From an uncultured Alphaproteobacteria bacterium (GTDB taxonomy: Bacteria > Pseudomonadota > Alphaproteobacteria > Rhizobiales > Xanthobacteraceae), in NCBI GenBank assembly GCA_963770135.1, contig CAVYOM010000008.1:59720-123719 (forward strand): 64,000 nt of DNA, in the 5' to 3' direction. Shown here one piece after another: positions 58,662 to 64,000 of the stretch. A program made the position numbers and the translations under genes. The notes below the pieces were generated by a model, which was not told the DNA's origin, did not search any database, and saw only the letters and a program-made list of their open reading frames with translations. The stretch's first letter is position 1. Each line of letters begins with the position of its first letter.

Positions 58662-59957
58662 TCAGGACATCGATCGCATCAATGCGGAAATCTGGATTGT
58701 TGCAAAGTTGGAATACGTATCCGACACGGCGTAGGGCAAAATGAGCTGATCATTGTGCGCCATCGCCCCGCAGGTATAGACCACATTGGGAACGTAGCCT
58801 TCGCGCTCGGATGGTTCGGGTCGCAACAACGGTTCGCTCGAACGCGCCAGCACCCTGGAGGGATCGCGTTTGTCGAGCAGTGCTGCGCCGATCGAATATT
58901 TTCGAACCGGCCCGACACCGTGCGTCAGCATCAGCCAGCCTTCCTCGAGCTCGACTGGTGATCCACAGTTACCGATCTGCACGAACTCCCAAGGAAATTG
59001 CGGCTTCAGGATCGCCTGGCCGCCTTCCCATCTGTAGAGGTCGTCCGAATAGACCAGATAGAGATTCTCGTTGTCCTGTCGCGCGATCATGGCGTACTTG
59101 CCGTCGATCTTGCGTGGGAACAGCGCCATGCCCTTGTTGCGCGCGGCTGCGCCTTGCAGCGGCGTCATCCGAAACGAGAGGAAGTCAGAGGTCTCGATCA
59201 GCTCCGACCGGATCGCGGTACCCCTGTAGGCGGTATAGGTTGCGTAATAGGTCGTCCGGCCGCCATCACTGAATTGGACGAAGCGCGCGTCTTCGATGCC
59301 GTTCGATTGCAATTCCGTCACCGGAAAGATCACGCGTTCGCTGATGTCCGGCGCCGGCTCGAACGCGAATTCGACTTCGTCGCCGACCGGCCCGGCCGTT
59401 CGATGCGTGATGCGGGGACTGGTGGCGAGCCGGGCCGTTGGATCGACCCTGATGCTGCCGTCTGCCGCGATGGCGCCGGAACGAAACGTCAGTGACGACA
59501 CGTGCCCTTCGCCGACGGCGCGCAGGCTCAGAATGAATCGCAGGCTGCCCTCTGCAATTCCCGACTGGTCGGGGTGCGGCACGATGCTTGGATTGAACAG
59601 CGCCGAAGCTTCAAAGGAGTATTCGTTTAAGAAGTAGGCGCCGATCAACTGGCGCTGCACTTCTGAGAACGTACAGTGCGCCAGCAACGCCTCTTCCATT
59701 TCATCGGCCCGGCGCTCAAACGTCTTCAGCAGGTTGCGGTGTCGGCCCTGGAAATTCTCCAGCACGTCGGCCAGCTGGCTGGCCGCCGACTGTGGATCGA
59801 GATTGAGAACGCGCTCGACAATATGGTTGGCGCGGGTCTTGTCGGTCGGGTTGAGATCGCGCGGTTCGGTCGTAGGTTTGAACGGACGCACGATTACCCG
59901 CGCAGGATCGGGCCGCAGATAGAGCGCCCGCCGATTAACAAAAGTGGCTTGCAACAA
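58662..59957 (-). CDS. Glycoside hydrolase/phosphorylase family 130 (long N-terminal extension)
   Basis: FNPS, GIEDAR, YTAY, NKGMALFP, REGYVPNVVYTCG. Confidence 0.92.
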   Translation of the reverse strand: MLQATFVNRRALYLRPDPARVIVRPFKPTTEPRDLNPTDKTRANHIVERVLNLDPQSAASQLADVLENFQGRHRNLLKTFERRADEMEEALLAHCTFSEVQRQLIGAYFLNEYSFEASALFNPSIVPHPDQSGIAEGSLRFILSLRAVGEGHVSSLTFRSGAIAADGSIRVDPTARLATSPRITHRTAGPVGDEVEFAFEPAPDISERVIFPVTELQSNGIEDARFVQFSDGGRTTYYATYTAYRGTAIRSELIETSDFLSFRMTPLQGAAARNKGMALFPRKIDGKYAMIARQDNENLYLVYSDDLYRWEGGQAILKPQFPWEFVQIGNCGSPVELEEGWLMLTHGVGPVRKYSIGAALLDKRDPSRVLARSSEPLLRPEPSEREGYVPNVVYTCGAMAHNDQLILPYAVSDTYSNFATIQISALMRSMS

Positions 59958-59997
59958 TGTGTCCTCTGTTCGCGTTTGTGTAAGCTGGACGCTTCAC

Positions 59998-62283
59998 TCA
60001 AGCGCCGATGGCGCGAAGCCCGACCGGGTTGGTCAAATTGATATTGGCGCGCGCCAGCTGGCGCATCTCAGCCAGCGCCAGCAGGTAGGACACCACCAAC
60101 TCACCGCCGCGATTTTCATTAGCACGGTCGGGATGCAGTCCATCGCGGCAACTGCCGGTCTCGGAATCGACCAGCGGAACCGACAGGTCGTTGCCGCCGA
60201 AGAACCATAAGAAAACCCCGGCCGCGATGGCCTTCCATTCCGCATCGCCGTCCGCGCGCCACGCGGTCAGGCACGCCGCAATCGTGGCGGTGGCTTCCAC
60301 CGGCTGCTGATCGAACGCCCCGGGAGGTTTTCGGAGCTCGCCGAAGCTCGTCGTGCCCACCGGGCGGAAATGCCCGGTCGACGTCGTTTGCAGCGTCATC
60401 AACCAGCGCAAGGTTCTCAAACCGGCATCGACATAGGCGGGCGTTTGCGTTGCGAGGCCGGTCGCGATCAGGGCCTGCGGCAGGCGCGCATTGTCATATG
60501 CGAGGCCTTCCTCGAACCACACCCAGTCCGGTGACTCGACCAAAGCGAGGGCGGACATCAGCGTATCGGCAAGGGAATGCCTGATCTCACGGGCGCGCTG
60601 ATCCCCCGGAACTGCGGCGCAATAGGCATCCAGACCGAGCAGCGTGAAGGCCATAGCGCGAGGCGAGCGAAAGGCCGCGGCGGTCGACAGGGCTTCCGCA
60701 AACAAGGCCGACGCCCACCGACGCCGTGACGGGCTGGCATCCTTCCGCGCGCATTCACCCAGGGCCCACAGGGTTCGCCCGTGACTGTCCTCGGAGCCCT
60801 TGTCTTCGAGCCAGGTCCGATTGAAGCCCATAAAGTTGCGAAAGCGCCTGGTATCGGAATTCCAGGCGTGCTGCACAAAGGCAGCAAAGCGGGCCGTCTG
60901 GATTTCCGGGAGCGGATGCTCGCCCGGTCCATTGAGCGCGCAAGCCAACAGCAACGCGCGGGCGTTGTCGTCCACGCAGTAGCCATGCGCGCGATCAGGC
61001 ACCGAATGCACGGCGTGCTGGAACAGGCCAGTGTCGTCACACATCGACAGGAAATAGCCTAGTTGCATGTCAGGCACCGCGGGACTGTGCGGCGCAATCG
61101 CGCCGGGCCCGGCACGCGCAATCACCTTCAACCGATGGCCCTGCCGCGCATTTTCGAAGGCCGTCATGTAACGCTCGGCTGTGCGCTCCCATGTCATCGA
61201 TCGGCTGGCTGCGTAGGCGCGCTCGCGCATCGCCTGCCGGCGAGGGCCGTCGGTAAGCAGGCGCGCTATTTCGTTGCCGATCTCCATCGCATCGCCAAAG
61301 GAAACCAGAACGCCGCGGCCGTCGGCCAGCAGTTCGCGCGCATGCCAGTAAGGCGTCGAGACCACCGCCTTGCCGAGGCCGAAGCTGTAGGCCAGCGTGC
61401 CCGACGTCATCTGCGCCTCGTTGAGATAGGGTGTGACATAGACGTCGCACATTGAGATGAATTCGAGCAGCGTGGTCTGATCCACGAACTGGTCGAGGAA
61501 TACGACGTGATCCTCGACACCGAGTTTGCGCACGCGCGCCATCAGGCTGCCGCGATAGGCTTCGCCCTGGTCGCGAACAAGATTGGGGTGCGTCGCACCG
61601 AGCACCACATAGACCGCGTCCGGCCGCCTTTGCAGGATCGACGGCATGGCGTCGATCATGACCTCGATACCCTTGCTGGGTGAGAGCAAGCCGAACGTCA
61701 GAATGACCGACCGGTTGCTGAATCCGAGCTTGGCCTTTGCCTCGTCCGGTGCGACGAACGGAAAGTCGGGGATGCCGTGCGCTATCACCTCGATCTTGTC
61801 GTCCGGCACGCGATAGACGTCGCGCAGCAGTTCACGGCCCTTGTTAGCCATCACGACGACCTTCGAGGACATCTCGACGATGCGCTCCATCACCGCGCGC
61901 TGAGCCGCCGTCGGCGCGGCCAGTACCGTGTGCAGCGTCGTGACGACCGGCATGGTCAGGCGCGACAGCAGTTCCAGGATGTAGGCCCCGGCTTCGCCGC
62001 CGAAAATTCCGAATTCGTGTTGCAGACAGACGATGTCGAACCGGCCGGCGTTGAGAAACGCCGCGGCGTCGACATACTCCTCGATGCTGTCATCCTTGAT
62101 CTGCAATGCGACCGACGCAGGATAGTCATAGGTTTGGTCGTGGTCGGTCATTGCCACGATGCAGGTTTGCAGGTTTGGCTCCGAATTGGAGACCGCGCGT
62201 TGCAGGTCGGTCGAAAATGTTGCGATACCGCAGCGGCGGGGCAACGAATTGCCGATCACCGCGATCTTGCGGAGCGGCGTCAT
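59998..62283 (-). CDS. GT4 glycosyltransferase fused to a C-terminal helical (six-hairpin-like) domain
   Basis: PRRCGIATF, QHEFGIFGG, FGLLSP.KG.E, SGTL; then GYC.DDNARAL, YDNARL, FDQQP.E. Confidence 0.9.
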   Translation of the reverse strand: MTPLRKIAVIGNSLPRRCGIATFSTDLQRAVSNSEPNLQTCIVAMTDHDQTYDYPASVALQIKDDSIEEYVDAAAFLNAGRFDIVCLQHEFGIFGGEAGAYILELLSRLTMPVVTTLHTVLAAPTAAQRAVMERIVEMSSKVVVMANKGRELLRDVYRVPDDKIEVIAHGIPDFPFVAPDEAKAKLGFSNRSVILTFGLLSPSKGIEVMIDAMPSILQRRPDAVYVVLGATHPNLVRDQGEAYRGSLMARVRKLGVEDHVVFLDQFVDQTTLLEFISMCDVYVTPYLNEAQMTSGTLAYSFGLGKAVVSTPYWHARELLADGRGVLVSFGDAMEIGNEIARLLTDGPRRQAMRERAYAASRSMTWERTAERYMTAFENARQGHRLKVIARAGPGAIAPHSPAVPDMQLGYFLSMCDDTGLFQHAVHSVPDRAHGYCVDDNARALLLACALNGPGEHPLPEIQTARFAAFVQHAWNSDTRRFRNFMGFNRTWLEDKGSEDSHGRTLWALGECARKDASPSRRRWASALFAEALSTAAAFRSPRAMAFTLLGLDAYCAAVPGDQRAREIRHSLADTLMSALALVESPDWVWFEEGLAYDNARLPQALIATGLATQTPAYVDAGLRTLRWLMTLQTTSTGHFRPVGTTSFGELRKPPGAFDQQPVEATATIAACLTAWRADGDAEWKAIAAGVFLWFFGGNDLSVPLVDSETGSCRDGLHPDRANENRGGELVVSYLLALAEMRQLARANINLTNPVGLRAIGA

Positions 62284-63215
62284 ATGTGCGCCTCGGCCAG
62301 GCTAGTGAGTTTCGCCAGTTCGGCAGCAACGGGCTGAACGGGTCTGGTTGATTGCCCGGAAAGCCTGTGCAAAAGGGAGCCGATCGGACCGGTCGCGGGA
62401 TACGCGACCAGGGCGCTCAGCCCGTTGGCACCGACTTCGATGCTGGCGCGACCGCCACCGACGAAGACCGCCTGCCCGAGGGATAGCGCGGCCAATCCGA
62501 TCGCCGCATGGCCATCGAGCGCGAGAACCCAGGTTTCCGAATCTGCGAGCAGCGCCCAGCTTGAACCCGCGGGCAGATCGAGCCGCTCGAGCACGAAATG
62601 CTGGCTCGCGACCAGAACCGTCCGCTCAAGAGTGAGGCTGACAGGATCACGTGGCGGCCGAAGCGGCCAGGCGTTTGCAACTGCCACGCCATTGTCGATG
62701 TGCAGTTCACGCTGCCTGCCGTAATCGAACAGGCGAAATGTCGTGTCGCTGCGCTGCTAAATCTCGGCGAGCACGATGCCCGCGCCGAGAGCGTGGATCG
62801 TGCCGGCCGGAATGAAGATGACATCGCCTTTCGCAACCGGCCGCCATTGAACCAGATCGACGATCGAGCCATTCGTGATCGCCGCGTGCAATTCCTGTGG
62901 TGTGATCCGTCGGTTCAGACCGACGCCGATCTGCGCTTCCGGCTCCGCCGAGATGATGTACCACGCTTCGCTCTTGCCGTTCGGCATCCCCATCGCGCGC
63001 GCAAACGTGTCGTCCGGATGGACCTGGATCGACAATGGCGCGCTGGTGAACAGCAATTTGAGAAGCAAGGCAGGAGTCGGCGCATTGCTGTCTGCGCGCT
63101 CGAACCAGAGCTCTCCCACCGCGTCCCCGCTGCCGTCGATGCTGCTCCATGGCTGAAGATCGCTGACGCCCCAGGGCTTGTGCATGGCCCGCACGGACGC
63201 GTGTTCGATGGACAT
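62280..63215 (-). pseudogene. manA: Class I mannose-6-phosphate isomerase with an in-frame TAG at 62757-62759 (possibly a sequencing artefact)
   Basis: KPWG, GELWF, LSIQVHP, KSEAW, GTIHALG, EI*QRSDTTFRLFDYGR.RELH; the same frame continues to 62280. Confidence 0.88.
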
Positions 63216-63683
63216 AGCGTCTCCTGACCCGTAACGCGCACGCCGAAGCGACATGCCGTTGGTCGATATCGTCTGCAGGATTGTGTGGCTAAGCGTTGCG
63301 TCTGCCGGACCGCCTTGTTGCGAAACCGGGTACGCTGTTGTTCATATGGATACTGCCGTACCCAATAGCAACCATCACATCACTATCGCGATCGGTTCAG
63401 GTGCGGCACGAACGCTGACCGTTGCCTTCGCTTTTGGGGATTCCCCTCGACATCATGACGAAAAGAGCGTCTGCTGCACGGATCACCGCCCCTCAATCTG
63501 CGAGAGTGGCTGGTACCTCCAATACTAGTGCCGGGCGCTCTTGGTCTCCTGGTCGCTGTGACAATCATTTTCCAGCGGCAACTCCGGAGTGACGGAGACG
63601 CGGATCACGACGCGCCAGCCGTGGTTTTTGCACCCAGCTTCCACGCAGATCCAATAATCGCGGTGAACGCGAAGGGAATGACC

Positions 63684-63914
63684 ATGAAAAAACCCCTGCT
63701 TTCCATCGAAGAGCCGGAGCCGAAGAAGAAGGCGGTGCGGGCCGACAGGCCTCCGACCGAAGGGTTCGCGACGATCGTCGACGGCCATTTCAAGTCGGAG
63801 TTTGACACGGCCGAGGCTGCCGAAGTCTCCGGCCGAAAGCTGAAGACCGCTTACCCGATGCTCCAGGTCCAGGTTTACGATGCCGCCATGAAGGTGCGCA
63901 CCTTGTTGAGCTAG
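63684..63914 (+). CDS. Small hypothetical protein
   Basis: RBS AAGGGA; VDGHFKSEF...LK..YPMLQV.VYDA. Confidence 0.7.
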   Translation: MKKPLLSIEEPEPKKKAVRADRPPTEGFATIVDGHFKSEFDTAEAAEVSGRKLKTAYPMLQVQVYDAAMKVRTLLS

Positions 63915-64000
63915 CCGGCTGTCCCGCCTTATCGTCCGTGCGAAGCAAGGCCCCTGCCGGCCGGCTCCTCCATCTCAGCAACCGCGGCAGATATTCTTCA

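Noticed and set aside
62757-62759. In-frame TAG in manA as pyrrolysine or programmed readthrough
   Set aside because: No pyl genes here. The position is the Gln of the conserved EIQQ motif, and it coincides with a GANTC site, so a point change or miscall is simpler.
1-64000. IS elements, integrases, prophage, tRNA/rRNA, defence systems
   Set aside because: No such motifs were recognised in the translations or by eye. Short ncRNAs could have been missed without covariance-model searches.

Overview
High-GC alphaproteobacterial chromosome segment. The gene content and the CGTC/GTAG-type palindromic repeats look like Bradyrhizobium/Nitrobacteraceae (inference). Left to right it holds: a type I secretion ABC/HlyD pair; a thioesterase and LysR; a sigma54-flanked peptide-type ABC importer with an amidase and a 65-aa AtzG/GatC-like partner; a secreted esterase; a CHASE2 adenylate cyclase directly downstream of a ~1,880-aa FecR/VCBS/RTX-type adhesin, which is divergent from a LapG-like transglutaminase-like protease; a PQQ alcohol dehydrogenase with the lanthanide-type D-x-D motif plus cytochrome c and an MxaJ/XoxJ-like protein; a Liv-type ABC operon with an acyl-CoA ligase; an ABC exporter; three Bug/TctC proteins; tandem alpha/beta hydrolases; several housekeeping enzymes; a rhodanese/LysR/ComDE-like cluster; small stress-type ORFs; and a manA-GT4-GH130 operon. 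No rRNA, tRNA, CRISPR, transposase or phage gene was recognised. About nine single-base frameshifts lie between 23 and 40.3 kb, and several substitutions fall exactly in GANTC motifs, including the manA stop. Both patterns suggest long-read consensus errors, so the 'pseudogene' calls are provisional. The best candidate for an undescribed system is the adhesin + CHASE2 cyclase + LapG-like protease + T1SS module, a Lap-like arrangement possibly wired to cAMP rather than c-di-GMP. All family assignments come from motif recognition by eye; no searches were run.
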